Of a stretch of 39,098 bases of DNA, positions 26,178 to 36,501 are shown piece by piece. The notes under the pieces are model-generated. The model ran no database searches, was not told the DNA's origin, and worked only from the letters and a program-made list of their open reading frames with translations. How positions within the stretch are numbered: the first letter of the stretch is position 1; each line of letters begins with the position of its first letter. Origin of the DNA: a virus (Duplodnaviria > Caudoviricetes). Location of the stretch: IMG/VR virus record IMGVR_UViG_3300008255_000236, positions 1-39,098 of that record. One strand, 5' to 3'. A program made the translations under genes and the position numbers.

Positions 26178-28931
26178 ATGGCTTATATTGTTCTAGATAA
26201 TGTCAAAGGTGGGATTGATAGCACTCGGATGCAGGAGGCATCTGCGCCTGGTACCTTGCTGCATGCTACTAACGGGGTGATAAACCGAGGTGGAGAATTT
26301 GAGAAAAGAAAGGCATGGGTAAGTAAATACTCACTTTCCACTGGTGAAACTAAGGGGATGCAGACTGCCAGTAGCACCATTTACGTCTTTGGTTCTATTG
26401 CTGAGGGGTCTTTGGCAACGGCTATGCCAGCTGGCGTAACTTACCAAAGGTTACAGCATCCAGGTAACGCATCTGCCACCATATCTACTATTTTAGACAG
26501 CGAACTTTACCAAGGTTTACCTTATGTTATCGCAAAATTTAGCGACGACAGTATCTTCCATTTTTACAACGGTTCGCTGGTCGGATCATGGGCAGATGGC
26601 GTGGTGCGTTCCGACATGGTGGATAACACAGGTATTTCCAGTCACCTTGCAGGTCTGATTGATGCATCCACAAAATATACCGCCACCGCAGCTGGGAATA
26701 CGTTTGACGTAACCAAAGTGGCCAAAGGTACGTTCACGGTAGCAACCGACGCAGACAATGTGAGTGGCGGTACGGACGACCAGACACTCACGAACTCTAC
26801 GGTTACACCTGGTGTTAATCCTGTTTCGGAAACGCTTGCTACAGGTTCTTTCACGATTTCCAATGGTTACGAAAGCGCGGGTGTGTATCAAGTTAGCACC
26901 GTGCTTGTTAATAGTGTGGATGTGTTAGATGGAACACCTGTTGACTTTGATACGGACGCTGCCACGACCGCCATTAACGTCGTTTCACAAATCAACTCGT
27001 CATCTACTTCTCCCGACTACAATGCATCCGCTTCTGGGGCAACGGTGACAATCACTGCAGATACTGGTACTGGCTCATCTCCAAATGGGTTTGTGGTAAA
27101 CCCAACGTCCGCTAATAAAGTGATTGGTATTGGTAGTATTTCGCATTTAAGTGGTGGTGTTGATGAAGTTTTAGCTACAGGCTCAATTGAAATCAGCGGA
27201 GGGGTTGGCGGTGATACAATTGATAGTATTACAGTAAACGGCGTTGACATTCTTGGTACGCCTGTTGCGTGGACAAGCAGCGACGAGCAAACTGCGGCGA
27301 ACGTGCAGGCGCAGATTGACAGTTACACATCTTCCCCAAATTATTCAGCAAATAACACTGGTGCGGTTATTACTATTCAAGCGGCGGCTTTATCTGGTGC
27401 AAGTCCAAATGGTTTTGTTGTATCAGGTTCAGCAACTGGGACAGTAAGTCTTATCAACGCCAGCAATATGAGTGGAGGTGTTGATCGGGTTCAGGCGACA
27501 GGTTCCTTCCAAATTACACGCGGTGTTGAGGATGTAGGCACGGTTCAAATCACCTCTGTAACAGTTGATGGAGTTGAGGTACTAAGCGGACCTGTTGATT
27601 GGGTAACAAACAGCACGGAAACCGCTAATGATGTTGCAAACAATATTTCTGCGAACGTATCTTCACCTGATTACGATGCGACAAACTCAACAAATACCGT
27701 AACCATCCAATCTTCTTTAAGTGGTACCGCAGCCAATGGGCGGCAAATTGCCGTAACGGTTTCTCCCGATGCCGTAACATATAGTGGTATTAACAACATG
27801 GGCGGCGGCGTAAACGCTGTTACTGGAGTCTCGCAAGTTGAGCGATTTACCGTGGGCGGCACATTTGAAATCGGAGACCAATTTAACGTCAACCTTGACG
27901 GTGAAGATTTTGGGTTTTCTGGCAACCCAACCAACCCAGGGATCACGGCGCTAACATTTGGTAAGAAAATGTACACTACGGCAAGTAAAATCCTACACTT
28001 TAGCGAAATTGACGACCCAACAGCGTTTTTCACTCTATTGAACGGTGGTGGATTCATTGATATTTCAACCGAGGCTTCGCAGTTGGAAGATTTAACAGGT
28101 ATTGGCAAATATCAAAACTACCTTGCTGTTTTTTCGCGCAACGAAACTCAGGTTTGGCAAGTGTTTGCCGATGACGCAAACAATTCTCTACTGCAAAACG
28201 TAGAAAATACTGGTACTTTTGCCAATAAGTCTATTGTTTCAGTCGGTGATTTAGATATCTATTTTTTGAGCGATACAGGAGTGCGAAGCCTAAAAGCGCG
28301 AGATAGTTCTAATGTGCCGTTTGTTTCTGATGTCGGTACAGCAATTGATACTTACATTTTAGAGTACATGGATACGCTTACCGATGCTCAAAAAGAGGCG
28401 GCCGTTGCTGCAGCTGACCCGCGTGATGGTCGATACCTACTGTCAATCCATGAAAATACTTATGTCCACAGCAGATTCCCAGCTAACAAGATTAGCGCAT
28501 GGACGCAATGGAATGGGCTGCAAATTACGGAGTATGGGCGTAAGTCAGGTAAACTTTTTGCCCGCGCAGGGGATACAATATACCTTTATGGTGGTGATAA
28601 TAATGACCAGTATGATGACGACATCACTGCAACACTACAAACGCCGTTCTTATACTTCCAATCACCGGCAACCAAAAAACAACTCAAGGGTATTGATATT
28701 GTTTGTGAAGGTAAATGGTACTGCAAGATTTTTACAGATCCAAGAGACCCGGACGGGGACGACGCATTTATTGAGATTGGTGAAATTGATGGTACAACCA
28801 CATTGGAGGATGCCTACCCCGTTGAGGGGTGCGGCCCTTATTTCTCAGTACACCTGCAAAATATAAATCAAGCGGGCGCGGCACGCGTATCCCAGATTAT
28901 TTTGCATTACGATGACGGGCCAGCCTCCTAA
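26178..28931 (+). CDS. Tail nozzle (tubular B / P22 gp10-like) with inserted repeat domains
   Basis: KGGID N-terminus; HFSEIDDP; YFLSDTGVRSL; SAWTQW beta-propeller pattern. Confidence 0.7.
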   Translation: MAYIVLDNVKGGIDSTRMQEASAPGTLLHATNGVINRGGEFEKRKAWVSKYSLSTGETKGMQTASSTIYVFGSIAEGSLATAMPAGVTYQRLQHPGNASATISTILDSELYQGLPYVIAKFSDDSIFHFYNGSLVGSWADGVVRSDMVDNTGISSHLAGLIDASTKYTATAAGNTFDVTKVAKGTFTVATDADNVSGGTDDQTLTNSTVTPGVNPVSETLATGSFTISNGYESAGVYQVSTVLVNSVDVLDGTPVDFDTDAATTAINVVSQINSSSTSPDYNASASGATVTITADTGTGSSPNGFVVNPTSANKVIGIGSISHLSGGVDEVLATGSIEISGGVGGDTIDSITVNGVDILGTPVAWTSSDEQTAANVQAQIDSYTSSPNYSANNTGAVITIQAAALSGASPNGFVVSGSATGTVSLINASNMSGGVDRVQATGSFQITRGVEDVGTVQITSVTVDGVEVLSGPVDWVTNSTETANDVANNISANVSSPDYDATNSTNTVTIQSSLSGTAANGRQIAVTVSPDAVTYSGINNMGGGVNAVTGVSQVERFTVGGTFEIGDQFNVNLDGEDFGFSGNPTNPGITALTFGKKMYTTASKILHFSEIDDPTAFFTLLNGGGFIDISTEASQLEDLTGIGKYQNYLAVFSRNETQVWQVFADDANNSLLQNVENTGTFANKSIVSVGDLDIYFLSDTGVRSLKARDSSNVPFVSDVGTAIDTYILEYMDTLTDAQKEAAVAAADPRDGRYLLSIHENTYVHSRFPANKISAWTQWNGLQITEYGRKSGKLFARAGDTIYLYGGDNNDQYDDDITATLQTPFLYFQSPATKKQLKGIDIVCEGKWYCKIFTDPRDPDGDDAFIEIGEIDGTTTLEDAYPVEGCGPYFSVHLQNINQAGAARVSQIILHYDDGPAS

Positions 28932-29305
28932 TGCAGTGGTATGTAGTTTTTATGGATGTGCCAGATAAATACTGGTGGCGCCCACTCTTAAAAAAAGGGT
29001 TTAGGCACTGTATGTGTTATCGTAAAGTCCCGAATGGGGTTTTTATCATAAATTTTACGGGCGGCGGGGTTGATGCCTATTTTCTAGAGTGCGAAAGCGC
29101 AGAGTGGATGGCAAAAGCATATAAAAACAGCGGTGATACCGTGCTGGTGGGAAGCGAGATGCAGAAGTCAAGTAGAATATCATTTGGCGGTTTCATATAT
29201 TGCGTTAATCTGGTAAAATCCGTTTTAGGACTGAGAGGTTGCCTTGCCTTAACGCCTCACGGCCTGTACAAAAAACTTAAAAAACTAAACTTTATGGAGA
29301 TCTAA
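28931..29305 (+). CDS. Small permuted papain-like (His...Cys) protein
   Basis: GFRHC ... YCVNLVK ... TPHGLYKKL. Confidence 0.45.
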   Translation: MQWYVVFMDVPDKYWWRPLLKKGFRHCMCYRKVPNGVFIINFTGGGVDAYFLECESAEWMAKAYKNSGDTVLVGSEMQKSSRISFGGFIYCVNLVKSVLGLRGCLALTPHGLYKKLKKLNFMEI

Positions 29306-29306
29306 A

Positions 29307-29936
29307 ATGACTGGTCGCGATAATTCAGCAGAAAAAGCAGCACAACAGCGGCGGGCTGAGGAAGAAGCGCGCCAAGGTAAAATTAACCAAGGCCGTTCGT
29401 CAATTGACCAACAGTTTTCCCAGTTTAATGACCCTTACTTTGAGCAGCGTCAAACTGAATATACTGACTATTACAAACCGCAACTTGAGGATCAGTATAA
29501 CGACGCATTAGAAAAAAGCAGGTTATACTTTGCAGACCGTGGTGGTGGCCGATCTTCTGCTGCTATCCGTCAAACTAACGACCTGTTGGAGGAGTTTAAC
29601 CGCCAAAGACAGGCAATTATTGACAATGCGAGTGCCTACAGCAATCGTTCGCGCGCCAGCGTGGAGGACACACGCAATAGTCTTTACAATCAGTTGCAAT
29701 CCAGTGCTGACCCAGCGGCCGCCGCAGCGTCAGCGGCAAGCCAGTCGCAAATTTTGAACCAACCGGAGCCGTTCAGCCCGCTTGGTCAGGTGTTTGCTGA
29801 CTTTACGTCAACACTGCAGCAGAATCAGCTTGCTCGCGGAAATGCGATTAACCCGCGCTCACAGATTGGCACCAGTAATGACCATCTCGTAGCTAGTGGG
29901 GTAAATCGAGGCGGTGCAAGCTATTTTGTAAAATAA
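29307..29936 (+). CDS. Internal virion / ejection protein
   Basis: Q/A/S-rich and helical; position after the nozzle. Confidence 0.6.
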   Translation: MTGRDNSAEKAAQQRRAEEEARQGKINQGRSSIDQQFSQFNDPYFEQRQTEYTDYYKPQLEDQYNDALEKSRLYFADRGGGRSSAAIRQTNDLLEEFNRQRQAIIDNASAYSNRSRASVEDTRNSLYNQLQSSADPAAAAASAASQSQILNQPEPFSPLGQVFADFTSTLQQNQLARGNAINPRSQIGTSNDHLVASGVNRGGASYFVK

Positions 29937-29948
29937 GGGCAAGTTTCC

Positions 29949-30677
29949 GTGGATCCAATTACAGCAGCTATTATGATTTCGCTTATGGTCGCGTCAGCGG
30001 AGGCGCAGCGTCAGCATAACAGAGACAAAAAGCGTGATTTGGACCTTGCTTACCAAATGGAGCAGGACCGCCAGAATCCGTTGCGTGAAGCAGCAGACCA
30101 GCAGTTTAACCAGACCCAAGACCAATTTACGTTGGAAAATCAGCAGCAGCGTATCAACGACCTAACACAGGGTTATGCAGACACGTATGCGCAATTCCTT
30201 GATACGGGTTCAGACCTCCAAAACGAGTTCAGTGCGGGTAACACTAGCGGTAAAGACCAAGACTACTTTATGCGTGTTTTAGGAGACCAAACCCGCGGAC
30301 AAGCAAACAAAGATTTGGATGAAAGCCAGCGTCGGGCAAAGTTATCTGGTTATAACGACCTTGGTATGTTTAATCGGATTGATTTGAATCGTAGCGCTGG
30401 TGAGTTAAACAAACTTGGTAGTTTTGCAACCAACTATGCAGACATTTTCGGGCAAGAAGCGAATGCCATTGGCGCTCGCCAAAGCAGCTGGGCACCTATT
30501 TACGGTAATGCAGCAATGCTTGTCGGTGCAACCAATACATTTGGGCAGGGCGGAAAAGGGCCAGGCTGGGGCGATATTTTTGGGAAAGGTGGTGGAGGTG
30601 TTCAAAACCCAGCAACAATCCCACAGCCAACTTACAACCCAGGAGCATATTCACCGCCTCCGCCAAAGGTGAGGTAG
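29949..30677 (+). CDS. Internal virion / ejection protein
   Basis: MDPITAA hydrophobic start; Q-rich coiled coil; Gly-rich end. Confidence 0.6.
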   Translation: MDPITAAIMISLMVASAEAQRQHNRDKKRDLDLAYQMEQDRQNPLREAADQQFNQTQDQFTLENQQQRINDLTQGYADTYAQFLDTGSDLQNEFSAGNTSGKDQDYFMRVLGDQTRGQANKDLDESQRRAKLSGYNDLGMFNRIDLNRSAGELNKLGSFATNYADIFGQEANAIGARQSSWAPIYGNAAMLVGATNTFGQGGKGPGWGDIFGKGGGGVQNPATIPQPTYNPGAYSPPPPKVR

Positions 30678-30681
30678 CAAC

Positions 30682-32175
30682 ATGAGAAATTATATTGCGG
30701 AAGGGTTAAGAAACCTTACAGCTGCACAAACTGCGAAACCATCGCAGGCCGACCAGTTAATTTCCCAAGCAGAATATGATTACAAGCGGGCACGCGCGGA
30801 CAAAGAAGCACTTGCATTGGGTGATTTGCAGAATCGCCACAAATACCTACAGCAAGGTATGGGTCAGTTGGTTGAGACAGGGGTAGATCCAGCAATTGCA
30901 AACTCTTACTCATCACTCATGCTCGCCGATGTGCTTTCCAAGCAGGGCTTTGGTGACACATATCGAGCATTATTGGCAAACACACAAGGGGCACCTGATG
31001 ACCGCGTTGCTCGTTCGTTTGTTGGCGCAGGTGATGCGATTGGTGAGAACGATGCATTCAGTTTACCGGGTCAAGTAGATATTCGGGCTAACAACCAAGC
31101 ATTTGACTTAGACAAGGCGACCACTTTGCAGGGGATGCGTAACACTGCCGCCGCACAGCGCGAGCAAATGCGCATTGACAACCCTAGAACGCCGCAGGAA
31201 CTTGAAACTTTCTTACTAAACCACCAGCTAAAACAAGCGCAACAGGCAGGAGATAGTGAGGCAGTTCAGGCGATTATGGGTCAGCTAGAGGAAGTTCATC
31301 AGCGGAGTAGGGGATTACAGACTGCACGTGGTTCTGACGGCAGATTGTACAACCTAAACACTGGTGAACCCATCCAGTTTAACGAAAGCCCCACCAGAAT
31401 TGTAACTGGTCAGGAGGCTGCTGAGTTTGGGTTTACACCAGGCCACTCAATCCTTGTCCGCCAAAACCCAGATGGTACCGAGGAATACGTCGAAACGCTT
31501 AACGAGCCGCGGCGCGGTGAGTGGACGGTTGCCAGTTTTAATGAACAGGGCAATCCGAACTATACTCGCGGTGGAGGTATTCACGTTTCTACGCAACGTA
31601 AAGCGGAAGATGTGCTTATGCGGTCTCGCAGAGTTATTCCAAAAATTGACGCGGCGCTTGACGCGCTGCAAAACGGGGACGTATCACAGCTAAGCGCAGC
31701 TGGTTTTAGCCCCGCATTCCAAAACTTAGCGTTGAATACAATAGGTCAATTTACCGAAGCTGGAACATTTGACACCAAGTCAGAGACATTTAGAAACTTC
31801 TTACAGGGACTTGAGCGTGAATTGATTGTTGCGTCGGCGTCTAGTGGTCGACCGCCTGCATGGGAGCAGCAGCAGTTGCGCAAAGCCTACGGTCTAACTG
31901 GCACGTTCAAAAGTATGGACGATCTGCTTGTGCGCCTTGGAAATGCTCGTAACACCGTTGATGCTGATGCGCAAATTGCCGATGACATCCTTAAGGGAAA
32001 TATTGGGTACGATACGATTGGCCGTACTTCGTTTAACATTTTTGCGGCCGACGAACAGGGCAACCAAACCGACAAGCCCCCTCGTATTGGTGCGACAACA
32101 GCCGGAGACACGCCGCAGTTTGACGTTGATGCCATTGATGCGGCAATTCAGCGCAAAATGCAGGGGGGTCAGTAA
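30682..32175 (+). CDS. Internal virion / ejection protein
   Basis: 497 aa, Cys-free, helical; synteny. Confidence 0.6.
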   Translation: MRNYIAEGLRNLTAAQTAKPSQADQLISQAEYDYKRARADKEALALGDLQNRHKYLQQGMGQLVETGVDPAIANSYSSLMLADVLSKQGFGDTYRALLANTQGAPDDRVARSFVGAGDAIGENDAFSLPGQVDIRANNQAFDLDKATTLQGMRNTAAAQREQMRIDNPRTPQELETFLLNHQLKQAQQAGDSEAVQAIMGQLEEVHQRSRGLQTARGSDGRLYNLNTGEPIQFNESPTRIVTGQEAAEFGFTPGHSILVRQNPDGTEEYVETLNEPRRGEWTVASFNEQGNPNYTRGGGIHVSTQRKAEDVLMRSRRVIPKIDAALDALQNGDVSQLSAAGFSPAFQNLALNTIGQFTEAGTFDTKSETFRNFLQGLERELIVASASSGRPPAWEQQQLRKAYGLTGTFKSMDDLLVRLGNARNTVDADAQIADDILKGNIGYDTIGRTSFNIFAADEQGNQTDKPPRIGATTAGDTPQFDVDAIDAAIQRKMQGGQ

Positions 32176-35072
32176 TGCCCCTCAATTACGACGTATTTTC
32201 GGTTGAGGACTTGCAGGCCATGAAATCGGGCAATCTTGACGGTATGTCTGTTGACGGCCTGCAAGAACTTAAACGCCAAACACAAACAAATTACTTGCCC
32301 AAAGACCAGCGGCCAACATCACAGTCGCAAGACGAGCAAGTTGAACCTCAGTTTGGGGCGGCGAGGTCAGCCCGCAATATGTTGGGCGGTATGTACGATG
32401 TTATTGGCCTTCCCGTTGATGCTGTCACTGGCGCCATGAATTTCTTGGGAGATAGTTTTGAAAATAAAACGGGCGTTGGTGTGCCGGACATTGAAAATGC
32501 TGTTGGGGGTAGCCAGTGGCTAAAAGGTGCGACTGATGCCGTAACGACCCGTGGCGCTCAAGGCTTCGCCAACCTTATGGGTGCAGACACTTCCTTGGAA
32601 GACGCTCAGGCCGCTATGGCCCCAGTTCAGGCGCCAGCCGAAGGGATGGGCGGTAACATTAGAGACCGTATTGACACGGAACTTGGTAGCTACGCAACCT
32701 TGATTGGCCCTATATTGAAGTATGCGCAAACCATGAAGCCCGCGGCGCAGGGGTCAGGGGGAGTTGTGCAGCAAATGCTCGAAGGTGCGCGCACCAAACC
32801 ATCACAATTTGCCGCAAAAGAGGGGGCAGCTACGGTTGGCGCCGCTACAGGGGCTGAGGTATTGCCAGCCCTAACACCAGACAGCCTAGACCCTTACGCA
32901 GAGATGGTAGGCGCTGTGTTAGGTGGTGAGGCCGCGCTACAGCCAGGTAACGTGGCTAAAGCGGGTGGAAATATTATTAAAATGTCACCAACGTACCAGC
33001 TTACTAAGGTTGCTACAAATGCCGTTGCAAATCAGGGCGCGCGTATGGCGAGTGATGCAGGAATAGAAAGCCAAACACTGCAGCGTATGGCCGAAAAAAG
33101 CCGTGAGGCTGACCAGAGACGCGCTATGGAAACTTTGTCTAAGAACTTTCAGGGGTTGAATACCCCTCGGTCACAGGTAAACATTGAGGAAGCAGAACGT
33201 TTACGGGAAGAAATCCCTGGATTTAATCCAACTGTGGCGGAATCGAGCGGTTTACCGTCATTGTTAGACGAGCAGAGAGAAATTGAAAAATCAGCGAGTG
33301 GCGCCAAGCGTGATGAATACGCATTTCGTCGCGGCGATAGCCGTCAGGCAATCTCCGATTACGCCGAAGGGCAAGCACCTAAATTTCAGGGAAACCCGCG
33401 CGACCAAGTTTTACAAGCAGGTGAACGTGGCCTCGATCGTGTAACCGGCAGGCTTGATGAGTTACAGGCCAGATCTGACATGAAAGCAGAAGATGTTGCG
33501 TCAGAACTGCCAGAGGTAGATAGATTTCAGCAGGGTGAGGCTATTCGCGGCCGACAAGCCGAATTAAGAAGTCAGTCGTCAATGGAGATGGACAAATTGG
33601 CTAGAGAAATGGGTATCCGGTCAGAGCAACCCGTACCTATTGACTTGCTACAGCAGCGGTTAAAAGGGTTGAAGCCTTCTAAATTGGCTGACGCTGACAC
33701 CATGGGGGTGACGTATAACAAACTTATGGGTTACGGCAAAAATCAAGACCAGAAACTCCTGACAGGTGGCGACCAGCCTGATTTAATTGAGGGGGCTGCC
33801 CCAGACGTAAGCGCAGAAGAATCTTTAACCTTCCAAGATATTAAATATGCCCGTGAACAGGTCGGTGATGAAATCCGCCAAGCATTGTCACAGGGTCAGC
33901 GCAGTAAAGCGCGCGTGTTACAGCAGGTTCAAGAGCAGATTGACGAATTTTTGGATGCGGATGCGTTTGCAGGCGACCCAACCATGCAGGAAAACTATAG
34001 CAAGTTCCGCGAAATTTATAAGTCGAATTTTATCGATCGGTTTGAAACTGACGCTGCTCGCGATGTTGGCGCAAAGGGCCGTGGCGGAGATTTGCGGATC
34101 AACAATGAAGATGTGGCGCGTCAGTATTTCAAGGCGGGTGATGTCACCAGCGCTCGCCAGTTCAAGCGCACATTTGGAGATGATGCGCAAGCTAAAGAAT
34201 CCCTGAAAGCGGTGGCACTTGATGACCTACGCCAAGTTGCAGTTAAAGATGGTAAACTTGACCAAGCAGCATTCACACGGTGGAAGAATAAGCACGCTTC
34301 CGTTTTAGACGAATATCCCGAAATCAAAGCAGCTGTTGGTAATGTTGGTAAGGCCAATGAGCAGGTTATGGCACGCAACAAGCAGTTAGATGAGCGCCGC
34401 CGTGGGATTGCAAAAACGGAATTAAACCAAAAGCTAAACCGGTATCCTGACAAGATAATCCCTCGCGCCATGGAAGACCCAGACTTTATGAAGCGCCTTG
34501 CTCGCGACTTTACCGACGAAGATAAGACGGCATTTGCGCAGATTTACTGGCAAGAAGCCATGGAGAGTGCCCGTCTATTTGACCCTCAAAAACCCGCAAA
34601 TCCATCAGCGCTCAAGAAGTTTCTGAAAGATAACGACGCACAAATGAGAGAGTTTTTAGGCGAGCAACACGTTGACGCATTATACAATGTGCAATCCTCA
34701 CTGGAGACTTTGCAGCGTAGTCAAAACATTGCAGCTGGCCGTAGCGCTGAGTTTAGCCCCTTGGCAGGTGTTGAAAAAAATATCGGCACGAGCATCCCTT
34801 CAATTGTATCGCAACAAAGATCGGTTGCGGAAGGACGGTTTTCACTGCAAAATATGATGGTTAATGTAATGACAAAGGCGGGTATTGCGACATCTCGGAA
34901 TGCTGCTAAAAGTATGATGGAGAGAGCACTTTATGATGAAGATTTTGCCAAAACCTTGGCCAATTTTATTAAAGAATCTGGTAAACCGGATTCAACCAAA
35001 GGTAAACAAAGTCTTAGACAAATGCGGACATATTTGTTTACAATTGGTCTGGACCCAGCCAAAGAGAATTAG
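32175..35072 (+). CDS. Large internal virion / DNA ejection protein
   Basis: 965 aa, A/G/Q-rich; last gene of the ejection cluster. Confidence 0.65.
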   Translation: MPLNYDVFSVEDLQAMKSGNLDGMSVDGLQELKRQTQTNYLPKDQRPTSQSQDEQVEPQFGAARSARNMLGGMYDVIGLPVDAVTGAMNFLGDSFENKTGVGVPDIENAVGGSQWLKGATDAVTTRGAQGFANLMGADTSLEDAQAAMAPVQAPAEGMGGNIRDRIDTELGSYATLIGPILKYAQTMKPAAQGSGGVVQQMLEGARTKPSQFAAKEGAATVGAATGAEVLPALTPDSLDPYAEMVGAVLGGEAALQPGNVAKAGGNIIKMSPTYQLTKVATNAVANQGARMASDAGIESQTLQRMAEKSREADQRRAMETLSKNFQGLNTPRSQVNIEEAERLREEIPGFNPTVAESSGLPSLLDEQREIEKSASGAKRDEYAFRRGDSRQAISDYAEGQAPKFQGNPRDQVLQAGERGLDRVTGRLDELQARSDMKAEDVASELPEVDRFQQGEAIRGRQAELRSQSSMEMDKLAREMGIRSEQPVPIDLLQQRLKGLKPSKLADADTMGVTYNKLMGYGKNQDQKLLTGGDQPDLIEGAAPDVSAEESLTFQDIKYAREQVGDEIRQALSQGQRSKARVLQQVQEQIDEFLDADAFAGDPTMQENYSKFREIYKSNFIDRFETDAARDVGAKGRGGDLRINNEDVARQYFKAGDVTSARQFKRTFGDDAQAKESLKAVALDDLRQVAVKDGKLDQAAFTRWKNKHASVLDEYPEIKAAVGNVGKANEQVMARNKQLDERRRGIAKTELNQKLNRYPDKIIPRAMEDPDFMKRLARDFTDEDKTAFAQIYWQEAMESARLFDPQKPANPSALKKFLKDNDAQMREFLGEQHVDALYNVQSSLETLQRSQNIAAGRSAEFSPLAGVEKNIGTSIPSIVSQQRSVAEGRFSLQNMMVNVMTKAGIATSRNAAKSMMERALYDEDFAKTLANFIKESGKPDSTKGKQSLRQMRTYLFTIGLDPAKEN

Positions 35073-35079
35073 GAAGAAG

Positions 35080-35316
35080 ATGGCACAGAATCAGAAAATC
35101 GTTGAAATAGCAACTGATGTGGTTGCTATGCCAAGCCTGGCAACTATGGCAATCACTGTTCACCAGCTTGTTGACGGTCTTCTTGGGACCATGGTGGCGC
35201 TGGGTACAGTCTTAACAATTTTCTTTAGGCTTTATATTATGATTGATCGTCAGAGAAATTACATAAAGAACAAAGCAGAGGGTATTCAGGCGAAAGACAA
35301 CCGTGCCGAGGTATAG
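35080..35316 (+). CDS. Small membrane protein, holin/antiholin candidate
   Basis: AGGA RBS; hydrophobic segment plus charged tail; directly before the endolysin. Confidence 0.5.
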   Translation: MAQNQKIVEIATDVVAMPSLATMAITVHQLVDGLLGTMVALGTVLTIFFRLYIMIDRQRNYIKNKAEGIQAKDNRAEV

Positions 35317-35318
35317 TT

Positions 35319-35669
35319 ATGGATTTAAGATATTTTAAGTTAAGTGAATTTGACGACCCGCGCGAGGCTGGGTCTGGTCAAAACATGCAGGAAGATTTCC
35401 TTGAAATGTTAGACGAGTTACGCCATCGTTGCGGGTTCCCATTCCGCATTTCCAGCGGGTTTAGGATTGATGCAGGTGTCGGTAGCCCCCGTAGCCAGCA
35501 CCTCTTTGGGCGCGCTGTGGATATTGCCACTAAAAACGGTATTGAAAAGCGTACGATTGTTAAACATGCCATTGATATGGGGTTTAATGGGATTGGTGTT
35601 TACAACGGCCATGTTCATGTCGACAACCGTGCAAGTGCCCCAGTGATTTGGTCAGGGGTGTCGCAATAA
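35319..35669 (+). CDS. Endolysin, peptidase M15 family
   Basis: YFKLSEF; ISSGFR; SQHLFGRAVDI; HVHVD zinc ligands. Confidence 0.9.
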   Translation: MDLRYFKLSEFDDPREAGSGQNMQEDFLEMLDELRHRCGFPFRISSGFRIDAGVGSPRSQHLFGRAVDIATKNGIEKRTIVKHAIDMGFNGIGVYNGHVHVDNRASAPVIWSGVSQ

Positions 35670-36106
35670 TGGCTTGGAACCCGCTCAGTGTAATTAGTAA
35701 TATCGGTAGTAAGGCTGCTGACATTATTGATAAGCGGGTGGCCGACAAAGATTTGGCAGAAAAGTTGAAAGCTGAGTTGAATCAATCCCTACTTTCTAAT
35801 GCGGGTAAAGAACTTGAGGCTCAGCGCGACATTATTGTTGCTGAGGCAAAGGCTGGCGGGCCATCAGCAAGTTGGCGACCGCACCTGATGTATCTGTTCA
35901 TGTTCCTAATCGTATTCAACGGGGTTATTGTACCGCTGATGCATGGCTTATTTGGTGTTGAATTGCCTGTCCTAGATGCATGGCAAGCCCTGCCTGAACA
36001 AATGTGGACCTTGTTGCAGATTTCATTGGGTGGCTATATTGGCGGTCGGTCAATTGAGAAAGTTTCTACTAGCGTGGTTAATGCATTGAAGAAAAGCGAA
36101 AAATAG
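35669..36106 (+). CDS. Holin (GTA 3TM holin-like)
   Basis: IIVAEA...SWRP; TM segments; LGGYIGGRSIEK. Confidence 0.8.
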   Translation: MAWNPLSVISNIGSKAADIIDKRVADKDLAEKLKAELNQSLLSNAGKELEAQRDIIVAEAKAGGPSASWRPHLMYLFMFLIVFNGVIVPLMHGLFGVELPVLDAWQALPEQMWTLLQISLGGYIGGRSIEKVSTSVVNALKKSEK

Positions 36107-36114
36107 ACTATCCT
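36086..36114 (+). promoter_or_regulatory. Internal promoter
   Basis: TTGAAG-17-TATCCT upstream of 36135. Confidence 0.45.
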
Positions 36115-36134
36115 ACGGATAAGGAGACTTAATT

Positions 36135-36500
36135 ATGTCGGCAGTAACTCTATTGAATGAAGATAATTTACACGATGGTACCTACTATGCAGAGGATGCC
36201 GCGGTTGCTGTGAATAGCACAGGTGATACCATCTACTTAGACCCAAGCCTAATTTGCAATGCTGTTTTAAGTTTAACTAGCGGATCTCCCACAACTGGCG
36301 CCCGTTTAGAGTACAGCATTTCAAAGATTGCCGACATTAAGGCGGGAACTGGTGTTTTTGTATCAATGGCAGCAGGCAACCAGACTGAAAGTTTCGGGTT
36401 TCCCGTACCTAGCAACATTACCGCGGTTCGTGCAGTCAACGCAGACGCTTCTGCGGGGGTTTGGCGCTTAGAAGTGCGTGGCGCGCCAAGGAATCCTTAA
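36135..36500 (+). CDS. Putative virion protein (beta-rich)
   Basis: TAAGGAG RBS; composition. Confidence 0.65.
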   Translation: MSAVTLLNEDNLHDGTYYAEDAAVAVNSTGDTIYLDPSLICNAVLSLTSGSPTTGARLEYSISKIADIKAGTGVFVSMAAGNQTESFGFPVPSNITAVRAVNADASAGVWRLEVRGAPRNP

Positions 36501-36501
36501 T

